Assembly: GCA_003344405.1 (NCBI GenBank)
Contig: NOWV01000015.1
Coordinates: forward strand, 1 to 64,000
DNA from: Trichoplax sp. H2
Taxonomy: Eukaryota
Length of the DNA: 64,000 bases
Direction of reading: 5' to 3'
Shown here: positions 39,858 to 52,295 of the stretch, piece after piece
How the letters are laid out: each line of letters opens with the position of its first letter
How positions within the stretch are numbered: the first letter of the stretch is position 1
Notes under the pieces: generated by a model
Databases searched by the model: none
The model's input: the letters and a program-made list of their open reading frames with translations, nothing else
What the model was told of the DNA's origin: nothing
Position numbers and translations under genes: made by a program

Positions 39858-41961
39858 TAACAAATTTTATTTTGTAATTTTATAGATTGTAAAATGCCAT
39901 TCTTCGTAACTTAGCTTTATAATATTTTGTGCTGTATATTAAGATGTCTATGTTATATTTTGTGCTGCTTGTGAAATCTTGCGTTCAAATGGGAAACTTG
40001 GAGATGTTTATGGTATATGACAGTCTCGATAGTGTTATTTTACTATATAGTGCGATATATAGTCTATATTTTAGTTATTTTTTATATACTAATTATAACA
40101 TTTTTTTTATATGTATATTACAAGATAAGGCATAATTAACAAAGCCATGGCTAGTAATATGGAATATGTATATCAAATGACTAAACTTGATAAATTTAAC
40201 AGTTACACGAGTGCATAATGATCACAATTTATTACTTACAGTAGGAATCACTGAAGTTATAATACACTAGAATAAATTATATATTGCACTGTAGCTATGA
40301 TCTAACAGATTGCATCGACATACGACAAGTGGCTATAAAGCATCCGCAGCTAAAATTTTTGAATCTCTAAGATGCGCTTTAAATGGTGTATATTATCTTA
40401 CATTGACTACAGTATTTTAAAATCGGATTTGAGACCTTCAATAAAATACTTCTGGCATTTATTAATCTTTCATGACCACCCCCGTGTAGATTGTTACGTG
40501 AAATGTTCTTTTTGGCTTAAGCCCATTCGTGATTCGTCGTTCCTAACGAAACAAATTACCGCTTGTATTTCCATTCTTTAATTGCTCTTTGTGATGTGCC
40601 TACTTAAAAAATTGATTTGAAGCCAGATGTTTGTGAAAGTAATAATATCGAATCGCCTTATAAGCAAGCCGTGTATCGTTTCCATAAATGTGATGAGAAA
40701 TTAAAAAAAATAAAGGTCCAGTGTAGCTTTAGCTATTTCCTGTTGATAGTTTCAAATAGAACTATAAAAATGCTTGTAAATGGATGCAATTAAAAGGTAA
40801 TAAATTGTGAGCAATTTAATCTAGCTCTTTCACCAAGAAGGCACTCGATGCAGTAAACTGCGGATATTGGCGATAAATAAATTCCGAAATTATTCAAATA
40901 CATCAGAAAGCTGATCATAAAAGCTTAAAGATAAGCTTATAATTATATAATCAATGATCGTATTTTCACCCTTCCATATGATTGTTGCAATAACTATAGC
41001 GAGACTATTTCTGCTATTTAAATGTTCCTGCAAGCAATATTTTGCTGGTGATTTGAAAAGTATCGTAGCTCAAGCATTACTGGAAGGTGTTGGCCATTGC
41101 GTTGCTATGGAGCTACATATTTCCGTATCTCGTAGAGTCTACGCTACGATCACATGATTGAATTTATATCACCTAGGTTAGGGTTCTAATGATTTGAGAT
41201 ACTTGATGGAATAGTTTACCAATCGTAGGGTAGAACTACTTTAAGAGAACCTTTTCTTTAGTAGTCCTAGGTCTGGACAAGGACTACTAAAAAGAAAGAG
41301 ACGAGGTAGGAAACAACCACGTAGTAAAATAATGTGGAGGCTTATCATTATTTTCGTCATTATACTATACGCTACCGATGAAGCCGTATACCATAGTGTA
41401 GTAGTTTCAGCTAATTACAGTAGTAATTGAAGTAAGGTAGTATTAATAAGTAGAATAGTTTACTATACTATAATCTTGTGTCACGTTATTAGAGATTTGT
41501 TAAATTTCAATAACTCAGATTTTTGAGTTCGACGATTGCGAACCTAAGGGGTTGCAAAACCCAAGCACTGCATACAGTGAACAAAGCCAACTTAGCAGGC
41601 TAATAGCAGCTAATTTGCATACCAATCACTGGCAGTATAGTGTGCCGTTACAGACATGTGATACACTTAAAATAACTATTAAAATAATGTCCCTTCTCTT
41701 TCTTTTAATAATCTTTAGTCTGGGCTAGGGTTCAACATTTGGCTCGATTCGTCTAATTCGACATTCAGTACTATTCGATCCGATTCGAGAGTTTGCACAC
41801 TGTCTAGGCTCCTAATATCGGTATCGAAACGGCCGAATTACAGGAAATCAGCGGCTGATTTGCTTAATTTGTATTTTAATCAAGATAGAAATTATCCTTG
41901 TTGTTGTCCGTTAACTGTCCTAAAATTTCAAGATAGTTGTAATCGATATTAAACTGCGATT

Positions 41962-44900
41962 ATGGATCAAGAGCAACGTCAAGCTATCCTCGATCATTGG
42001 CATACACTAGCCGAATCGATGCCCAGTAATCATATGACAAATAGTCTAATTACAGAAGGAATACTCTCGCCAAATGATTTACAGGAAATTAATGCCAAAG
42101 AAACTGAAAACAAAAAGAATACTACCATTTTGACTAAAATTTTAGCCTCAGTATCGCCTGATTGCTATGCCATCTTTATTGATGCTTTGAGACAGATTCC
42201 CAATAAGAACAGCCGATTAGCAGACATGATTGAAAGCCGTTTTAAGAAACAAGCTTCCGCTGATTATAGAAGCGACGCTAGTAAATCGAAGAATTTATCA
42301 AGTGCTCATAAACGACAAACAGTAGATCAGTTAGGTAAGGAAATAAAGTAGTAACGGCAGTTTTTCTCATTGTAAAGCGATTAAATTACTCAATTAGTGT
42401 GTTAATATGAAAGTATAACTTATAAAAATTCGAGCCTAGTCTCATTGCAGGACTAGTTACTATAGATAAGTAGATTAGAACCAGCGCTATTAAAATTGAA
42501 CATTTCTTTACTTCGAACTTAATTTTGGGGTTATACCGTAACCATGGACTACCATTTGTGCATATGAACGCATATACACTGTTTTATTTGTTTGACTCAC
42601 CGGCATCCATTAGATATAAAATTGATTGATTTCATCAATAAAGATAGTGGTAGTAGGCATTGTAACCTGTAACTGACGATTATGAAACAACTGTAATATT
42701 TTAAATCAGTTTTAAGGAACAAATTTCGCTTTTCGCTGTATTTAAAATCATCAGCACTCTAAATCGGCCAATGAATCTCGTTGAACTTAAGATTCGTAAT
42801 TCTGCTACGGTTTCAATAGAATTTGTTAATTACTCGTGTAAATGGCACCATGCATGCAGTAAATATGACTGATCTCTCTAGCTATCCCTAATATACTGTA
42901 CGGATACATTAACATTGAGCTATAGATACTACCTATTTCCGCTAATTAGATTAAAACTCTGCTATAGCTTTATTAATTGACTTAGAAAAATAATGAAATC
43001 GAAGGCTACTATCAATATTAAAACTTTAAAACATGTATCAGAAGCACCAGTTTACATCAAATAGATTTTGCGCAATTTTTGTTAACCGTTACCTCTTAAT
43101 AAGTATGAAAATTTCTAGCATTTGCGTGAGTAACAGGAAATTAATCATAAATGAATAAGATTATCCCAAATAATTACGGATCCCCGACTACCCACACCTA
43201 TAGCATACAGCGCTTATCTTAAATACGATCGTTTGTAATTAAAATTAACGCAAAAGAGAAACAGGTAAAGCTTTTGTCAAATTTGTAACTTTTCTCGAAC
43301 TCAAACACTTAATTAATATTTTAGATAAGCTACCGAAAAAATGCTCAAGATCAATGACTCAAGAGCATCGTAAAATGTTAATAGACAAACGTATATTACT
43401 TACTCAAAAATGTCAGGATCAAATCTTACCGATATATGAATATTTACTTGGAACGAATGTAATAACATCATTCCATAAACAAACAATCGAATCTAAATCG
43501 ACGGCTTTTGAGTAAGGAATTTTTATACAGTACATGTTCAATAACTGTTAATCAATATTCTATTCTAATATACAATGTCAAGCTAAATTACTAGTTTGCT
43601 TATTTACTGCAAGAATGAATTTTGTAGTTAGAGAGCAGTTATCGTAATTGTTAAATTTTTTTAACAGAAAAGTTTGCACTTTATTGGATATTCTGCCTGA
43701 ACGTGGCGATAGAGCCTTTGATGAGTTTTGCAAAGCTTTAACAAATTTTAAAATAACCGTAGAAAACTTCAATACTGGTAAGCATTAAAGTTTACGAATA
43801 GGCCTAACGATTAAAACTGAACGATATGATACATGTGTCACACACCACTAGTGACAAAGTAGTCTACACACGCCAATCCTTGCGTAGAACGCCACTTACT
43901 AACTTAAAGAGGCGAGATTAGCTATATCACCAAATAATTCAGTTCCAACAACCGAATACTATGGTATAATTATAGCGTCACAGATGATGTAGACGAGATA
44001 GTCAGAAATTTACTATCATTTATTACTGAAGGAATCTTGGCACCCAAGATTATAGTCTTTACAATTAAATATCAATTGAAAAACTAGTTGACTATCTAAC
44101 CGACTAACGAACTAAAAAGGAATCTTCAGGCACCAGCCTTTTATAGTCTCGTCAGAAACTCCTGGTTAGGACGAGCTTACGCATCGTAACAACATGATTA
44201 TCCTATTTTCTGGTAGAAATAACAATAAAGTGATCAGAGTAGAAAATAGTACGATAACTACGTAATGAATTTAGATTTTCAATTTATAGTTTCATTATAC
44301 TCAACTAAATCAATAGTTGGTAATTTCAGATTATTACGTACANNNNNNNNNNNNNNNNNNNNTTTTTTTAACAGAAAAGTTTGCACTTTATTGGATATTC
44401 TGCCTGAACGTGGCGATAGAGCCTTTGATGAGTTTTGCAAAGCTTTAACAAATTTTAAAATAACTGTAGAAAACTTCAATACTGGTAAGCATTAAAGTTT
44501 ACGAATAGGCCTAACGATTAAAACTGAACGATATGATACATGATTATCCTATTTTCTGGTAGAAATAACAATAAAGTGATCAGAGTAGAAAATAGTACGA
44601 TAACTACGTAATGAATTTAGATTTTCAATTTATAGTTTCATTATACTCAACTAAATCAATAGTTGGTAATTTCAGATTATTACGTACAGTTTTCGTAATT
44701 TAGTAAGTACAGCTTTTTTCGAAACTTGAGCTCTATAGGGTACGATGCGCTTACTGAATAGAAATTGCTATCATTTATTTTGCAATTAACTTATCAGGCA
44801 AACAATTATCTTTGCTAATATCGATATTACATTGCACAACTACGACATTCATTTAAAACGTAATTTAGTTATATTACTTCGCAATATATGATAAATTCGA

Positions 44901-46196
44901 TATGAAGCCATTTCTTTGCTTCACCTTTCATTTGTAAGCAGCCATTAATAATCATTAATTTAACAATTGTGAATCTTATTCAAATCAAAAGGGGTTGATT
45001 TTGAAGACACTCGAAAAGACACAGGTACTTCTATTTAAAGAAACAATTTGATATTTTCCGGAATTCTTTGTAATTTTATAAACATAACAGTGCTTATTTT
45101 ACGGTAAGCTCGATAATATTCAGCTATAATAGGGTCTCTTATAGTCAAAATAGAGGAACCAAATAGAAATATATAATATTCTAAATCTGTTTCTTTAGCA
45201 AGAGAATAGTAATTAAATTTATGAAAAGACCATGCCTTTCTAAATCACTTACGATTGAAAGATATTCACATCATTACTTCATCAAATTGAATTAGAAGTG
45301 AATAAAAAAATTTTTATCTATACTAATATATACCTTACGAATTAGAAAGGGATAGATTGAAATTCAGTGCAAAGAATTACTGTTTGCTGATAGCATTTAC
45401 TTATCTATTTTAGACAAGATTTCAATTGTAGAGTCTAAAAATTGAGCTAGTAAATTACATGCCTTGATTGTTATGACCACAATTACTTGTAATATAGTCG
45501 ACATTGAATCAAAAAGTGAAAATTGATAGTATGAAGGTGTTGTTTCTATAATGCTTTATCGTTATGAATTTTTGTTGATGATAGTGGTTGATTTTATGCA
45601 AATATAATAACGAAAGAATTATCATTTTTAGATATTACCCGGTACATAGTCAGCACTGGATCAGAAATGGCAAACCGACAGAAACAAGGTATTCAGTAAT
45701 TATTCACAAAAGCAGAATATTATAGAAGTAAGAGAATGCTAGTTATTATACTTATGATGATATGAAGATTATAAAATTTGTTAAGTTTAGATGTTACTCA
45801 GCAAGGATCTGACAGTGAATCAATACATGCAAACCAGCAGGATGAAGATGGTATGTAGTAGCTACTAGTAAAGAATGTAATAAAGGAATTTTGTAGATAC
45901 TAGCCATTGACTTGGAACCTATGTGATGCAATTTACAAAATCTAGATATTTCTCAATACTTTTTTGATGTGGCGGAACATCTGGAAGAGGACTGGATTAA
46001 CTTAAAATTAAAATTAGATAATGCTGGAAAAATTGAAATCAAAAACATTCAAGACAAATATAAGAAAAATTATGATCAGGCCTATGAATTTTTAGAGCAA
46101 TGGTTAATAATTTATGGCGAAAATGCAACAAAAAAGCGATTAATCGGAGCATTGAAAGCCATACAAAGAAAAGATATAGCAGATAAAATAAAATAA
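41962..46196 (+). CDS. Death-fold adaptor gene D: CARD - CARD - DD, 7 exons, ~356 aa
   Basis: Exons: 41962-42334 (CARD, MDQEQRQAILDHWHTLAESM...LITEGILSPNDLQEI...CYAIFIDAL...LADMI); 43325-43511 + 43668-43777 (CARD, MTQEHRKMLIDKRILL...YLLGTNVIT...AFE/KVCTLLDILPERGDRAFDEFCKAL); 44992-45024; 45632-45688; 45791-45850; 45946-46196 (DD, FFDVAEHLEEDWINLK...QAYEFLEQW...ALKAIQRKDIADKIK). The exon copy at ~44375-44484 is an assembly duplicate. Confidence 0.85.
43657..44688. other. Assembly gap (N 44343-44362) with an uncollapsed allelic overlap: 43657-44342 vs 44363-44688
   Basis: Near-identical on both sides except for the 356-bp insertion plus its target-site duplication. Confidence 0.85.
43836..44191. 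mobile_element. Solo LTR, 356 bp, intronic, polymorphic
   Basis: Termini TGTCAC...GTAACA, flanked by the perfect 5-bp direct repeat ACATG (43831-43835 and 44192-44196). The duplicate haplotype shows the empty site with a single ACATG at 44538-44542. Confidence 0.8.
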
Positions 46197-49100
46197 GTTC
46201 TTGATTCGTTGTCCTTTACAATATTGAAACAGTCTCGCATGAATTTTTTTACAGAATCTCACAGAAGCTCATTATATAATCTCCATCTATTTTATTTTGA
46301 TATTATATATTTCATTGTATGTAGTACGCTTCAAGAGCTCTTACGGTATCTGAAACTATTCTCTTTATAAAGATGATAGTACTAGATTGCACCTAAATAT
46401 TGACTAATACAATCTCAATTATCGTTAATAACATGTAGAATTTCTACGTAAGAAAAGCAGTAATCGTTCTTCTTGGATAAAGAATAACTTATCTGATATT
46501 GGTTAACTAGCTAGGATATTAGAGATATCAGTAGCTATGATCACCCTTAAACTTAGTTGATCACATTTGTTGCAGACGAAAGTATATATTGGTCAAGAGC
46601 TCCATGCACTTTGTAAACAAATCAATTTGAGATGAAATTATGTATGATGAGCAGTATCGAAATATAGTTAAAGCTATTTTATTACGCGCATAGTCATTAA
46701 ATCGTCAAATAAACTAAAAAATTTTCGAATACAGAATTAAGACAATTTACCGCATTATTTCTTGTATTAACATGCTGCATGAAGCATTTTCTCTCAAAAA
46801 GAGTGCTTTGTGCAGAATTAATAATTTAAATTTCTTATATCGTTATATTAGAAAACAGATATATAATACTATTACATAATAGAATTTATTTCCAATTATC
46901 TATTATAATTGCTAGTAATCAAGTTCACATAGTATGCTTTTTGAAGTAAGCATAGAATTAAAATCTTAGCTTATACCTAAGTAATGAACTATAGTACTGA
47001 AAAATTTAGTTACTAACTTGTTCTTTTACTTCAGAATATAATTGTTAATAAATAAGGAGTCCACACATTTATCTGTAGAAGCAGTTACTGTATCTATATC
47101 TCGTGGATCTCTCGTAGACCAACCAGAAAACAATCTTGCTAACGAAAACAACTGTTGAGAACTTCCCCTGTAATTATCCGATCATTATCTTCTACGAAAT
47201 ACTATTAAATATCAGCCTTTCTGTACTATAGCAACAAAGAATTTTATGGTCTTACAAATGAATACAAGAACAATATTACTTATGCTCAATTTTCAATTAT
47301 ATCAAATTTTTACAAATTCGATCTAAATAAACAACTATAGAGGAAAAAATGTTATGAATTCCGAGAAAACTGATAATAGTAAAACAAAAAACAAATATCA
47401 TCATTCAGTCATATAACAACAAGTTCATGATTCTTTATGTCTATTTAATCTTCTATGTATTTAATTAGTAACGATTAGCAATTTTAATAAATGTAACTCT
47501 GGCTGATTAATTTGCTACATCTATTATCTACTTTCATGGATAGAACTCAAACTAGCAAAATCACCAATTAAAAAAATCCCTATAGTTTAGCAAGAAGAAG
47601 AAAACTAAAAGCTAAATAACGTCCTACATAATAGCACTGAAAGTACTTTAGCTCATGCCAACACTTGCCTAATAATCTTCACTTTCCACAGTAGATTCTA
47701 AATAACTAGTCATTTTAAAGTTTAATCTTCTGTTATACGGTATTCAAATCTAAATATCGGCATTGATAGAATGCAATTTTTTCAATTACATTAGGAAGGA
47801 TTACATCTTTCTTTAATTTAAGACCGGTTATGCTAACTCTAGAATATAGAATGTATTTTGAGAGAACTTCAAGCGCAAAAAATCCGGTCGCCATAAATAT
47901 TTTACACACGCGAATATAAATTAAAATTTAAAATTGACTGTAATATCATACCCAAATTCTTACTAGATTTATGCAGTCTGTGTCTTATAAATAAAAATAT
48001 AATTTAAATGGAAAATAGTTCTAGAAAATAGACAGATTGCAGCTATCGTACCACATAAATTTTCTAAATGGCATAACAGTAGTTAATTGATAGAGCGAGT
48101 CACTTTAAATTTTCAAGATATACTTTATCTACAAAGGGCGATCATTACAGCGATTGTAGAAATTTTATCTTCCCATAGGTTCTATTGAATATGTAACAAT
48201 TTATCAATAGCTTGTTAAAATAAAGCCTTGCGCTTTTGAAAGCAAATAATCAAACATAGTACAATTAATTGATTTCGATTAATCTGAAATATAAACATAG
48301 TCTAGGTAGATATCGTCCGTGTGCAAATATATTTTATCGACAATCACATCAAATCGAAATAGTATCCGTAGAGAATGCGTCTATAATTATACTTAAGCTA
48401 TTCTACTTAGGTACTGAGGTTGATTTTATAACATGCAATACAAGTTGCTAATTACCTATCGATTGAACTGAGTTTACCGCCATAATTTACATTTATTCAA
48501 GAAATTACTCATTTTTGGTATAGTGCATCATTAAGGTTGAGTGAGAAATTTCACCCAATGTCCTTACCAACGTATCATTTATCCGTTAGTATAATTTGAG
48601 ATTTTTATACTATTATTGAGTAAACAATTTTATTTACACGATTCTCCAGCTAATGCCTGTGCTGAGTCCCGCGAATGGAGAGTATTAGCCTATAAGTACA
48701 TGAAATGGAAAATAAAATCCTAACATATCGACTTATCCTCGTCCATCGAATCCACGTATATCACATTGATAATATAATTAATGGTACAGTATAGTCCTTG
48801 ACCTGTACAAGATGAGAATTTACATCTCCGTAAAAAACAAAGCAATCATCTTGCAATGATCGGGCAAATTACAGCACAATATTAAGTTGAAATATCACAA
48901 AAACGAATGGAGAATCTGCTTGACGAAGATCATTAATGATACGTTATAGTTTCATCATCTAGACAACATAGGAACTTACAGCTTTGTAAGAATTAAAGTA
49001 ATCTTGAAACGATTCTACAAATTGCAGCACAACATTAAGTTGAAATACCACCGAAACGAATAGAGTAAAACATCTAGCATCACTTAGATTATGATAATTG

Positions 49101-49530
49101 TACAAAATTTAAATACCGATCAACTGCGGTGTCCTGTCTTTACTATATCAAACACGTTCACAGGGAAGGCTAACATATACGAAAAACATGACAATTAAAG
49201 TCATCTGAAATATTTGTGATTACCAATGTTTTCTAAAATTGAAACGTTATACCGATGGAATGTACTTTCATCATCAATTCCATGGCCAATCGTACTAATG
49301 ATTGATCAGCAAAGATATTTATGAAAGACTTTTAAGCTACACCACTTGAGCCTTCAATATATCGCTATTAATATAATCGTTCGAAATGGGCTATCCTAAT
49401 TCTTCTTGGAAGAGAGGTAATTGTGGTACTGACTTTACAAAATGGATATACAGTACAGTAAGCATATCGCTCCATCTCATTGACTGGAATAGAGTAGTGT
49501 CATGGTTGAAGTTGTTGCTATTGCTAATAA

Positions 49531-51874
49531 TTAACTACTCATATTAATCTGCGAGACAAGTCTTGCATTGCTTAATTGGTCTAATCTCTCAGCAATGGCT
49601 CCCAAACCTGCTGATATCAAAGCATTCATGAGGAAGCCAACATAGGCATTTTGTGGTTGAGTTTCTTTCCAATAATGAAGCATTGCAAAGCAACGTTGAT
49701 CTGTAGTAGTTTGATCCACTTCTATTTTTTTCAAATCCTCAAACTCTAGATTTAATTGAATTCCAACATCCTTCCAATCAGTTCCAATGCTTCCGTAAAT
49801 ATCTCTAAAAAAGCATTTCGCTGAAGTACAATTAATTTGCAGTTAAAATAATGCCCTTAATAACGTTATAATCCATGTAATACGAGCATGTTTGATTAAG
49901 ATAAAAGGTAATGGAAGAGATGTCTATCTCATTGGATACAGACAAGATTAGTAAATAGTGAGGTAGATAGAGTTAAGTGTAGTCTTTCATCATGGTAAGC
50001 CTCTTAACAACGACTAACAGCACGTTCTACTTTCAAAATAGAGTATAGCAAGAATTGTCTTTTATCGCATACAGACGAGACTAGTTAAGAGTTATGTGTA
50101 GTCCTTAATTGTGGTAAGCCTGCAAACACCAAGTCACTATTCAAAAATAGAGTACTCGTATAACAAGAATTGTCTTGTATAGCATACAGACAAGACTAGC
50201 CCAGAGTTATATGTAGTCCTTGATTATGGTAAGCCTACAAGCACCAAGTAACTACTCAAAAATAGAAAACTCGTATAACAAAAATTGTCTTTTATCGCAT
50301 GCAGACAAGACTAGCCAAGAGTTATGTGTAGTCCTTGATTGTGGTAAGCCTACAAACACCAAGTAACTACTCAAAAATAGAGTATAACAAGAATTGTCTT
50401 CTATCGCATACAGACTTATGTGTAGTCCTTGATTGTGGTAAGCCTACTAACGCCAAGTAACTACTTAAAAGTAGAGCACAGAAAGATTTACTGGATTGCC
50501 ATCTGTAGCCTGCAGACAAAACTCGTCAAGGGTGGTAGATAGTTATGTGCAATCCTTCATTCTTGAAGCCTATGAACGACTACTTATAGCATGGAACTAC
50601 TTTTAAAAACAGAGTAGAACAAGATTTACCGGGTTGTCTGCTATCGTATACAGACAAGACTAGTTTAGAGTGAGGTAGACAGAGTTGTAGGTAGAGATTC
50701 ATTGTGGTAAGTCTATCAACACCAAGTAATTACTTAAAAAATAGACTACAGAAGCATTTACCGGATTGTTATCTGTAGCGTAAAGACAAGAGTCACAAGA
50801 CTCATTAGAGAGGTAGTTAGAGTTATGTTTAGTCCTCGATGATTGTAAGCCTATTAGCGACTACGATCAGCAAGGAACTACTTCAAAAATAGAGTACAGT
50901 AAACTTTACCGGATTGTCGAAGATGCGAAGCCGTATTCTCTTGATAGTCGAAATCTTCATCACCACTTTCTTCAGACTCTTCTATAACAGCCATATAGAA
51001 GACAGGAGTAAGTTAGAAATAGAGCAAAGACATCGTATTACAACTATTATGGTGAGAATAATAAATGCTTTCGTTCAAAGTTTGAAGGAGACAACAAAGT
51101 GATTCCATTATTCACTGCAGTCATCTTCTTTTCAACTGTTGGGGTAAACTATACCATTTTGAATTTGAATTTTTTTACGTGTTATTCTGCCACCACAACT
51201 TTACTAATAAAAATGATAAATTGCTATCAAAGACGTACAACGCTTCTATATTATTATGGCTGATTATGCCTCCTACTTTACACAAGCATTGAATGTAGGT
51301 GAAAGACAGTCATAGCCTGTGCTTTTACCATTTTTATATACTGTCTATCAACGGACTGCTGATTCCATCAAATTCATTTCATGCACTGAATTAACACTAC
51401 TGTATTTATCTCTGGATGCTAAGATCTACTGTAGTCTACTAGGAAAGTCGTTTTATGCTATTCTAGTATTTGATCCATGTCGAGTGTCCTGTCTGACGGT
51501 GCTCATTTACCTGATGGCATCCTGGCGTCTACTTCCAACTGAGTTGCTAAATCTCTTAGTCCTGCTCGCCTAATTGCGTTGACAATCTTGTCAAAATCCG
51601 ATTCAAATTTTCTCAATAAAAACAAGGTAACAAATTTGGTGACCACTTCTGGCATAGGCTGTTGTTGACTACAACGCAAGAGGCCTTCCTTTTCTAAACT
51701 AGTGACCACTTTATCAGCTAAAAGGTGAGTTAGCATAACAGAAAGACGTTCTTGAGTTAAACTACTCCTTAGACTGGCTAAATTTTGACGTAAAGCAAGG
51801 CCTTTATAGCTCGATTGGTCCATCAGATAGGTAAAATTGCGATGATTGTGTGCTTTGGAAGCAATCTCGGCCAT
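49531..51874 (-). CDS. Death-fold adaptor gene E: CARD-like - acidic linker - DD (RAIDD/CRADD-type architecture), at least 3 exons, ~241 aa
   Basis: Exons: 51874-51511 (ALRQNLASLRSSL...MLTHLLADKVVTSLEKEGL...FDKIVNAIRRAGLRDLATQLE); 50981-50910 (EESEESGDEDFDYQE...); 49820-49531 (DD, FFRDIYGSIGTDWKDVGIQLNLEFEDLKKIE...QRCFAMLHYWKE...LMNALISAGLGAIAERL). All are phase 1. Confidence 0.8.
49935..50910. repeat. Intronic tandem array, roughly 8 diverged units of ~100-140 bp
   Basis: Recurring cagacaagactag..agagttatgtgtagtccttgattgtggtaagcct..aacaccaagtaactact.aaaaatagagt. Confidence 0.85.
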
Positions 51875-52295
51875 GTTGCTTTTCAGTAAGCCGATCCAAG
51901 GCGATCAAGATTTAAAAGTGAGATTTTGCAATCCACAACTAGTGGCACAAACAGTCTTTTGAAATATTCAATGGGTAAGGAGGAAAACAACTGGCTAGCA
52001 AAGGTTTATGAGCACTTGGAATGGAAGACTTTAATTAATGATGGCCAATTCGACGAAGGCTTCCAACTCTCTCGTATGGGCTGTATGTAGTCTAGAACGG
52101 CAGCGCTAAGGCTGTTATTAATGACTGCTCACGAGTGATTGTTAGTAGAAACAGTATGCCGCTAAGTACTATACTGAACACAATATAGCGGTTGAATACG
52201 GCAAGAGCACTTTATTGAAGGCGTTCTCTTACTTTCCGTATACTGTCATGGCTGTCTCGACTTCTTCATCACCAGTTTTAATCGACTATTTTCAA

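Noticed and set aside
41715-41810. ttcga-rich patch resembling a small DNA-transposon remnant
   Set aside because: No clear terminal inverted repeats or target-site duplication could be defined.
44265-44495. Apparent duplicated CARD exon in gene D
   Set aside because: It lies in the allelic overlap around the N gap and is not an extra exon.
49935-50910. CRISPR-like appearance of regularly spaced repeats
   Set aside because: Eukaryotic intron; whole units are homologous, with no unique spacers and no cas genes.
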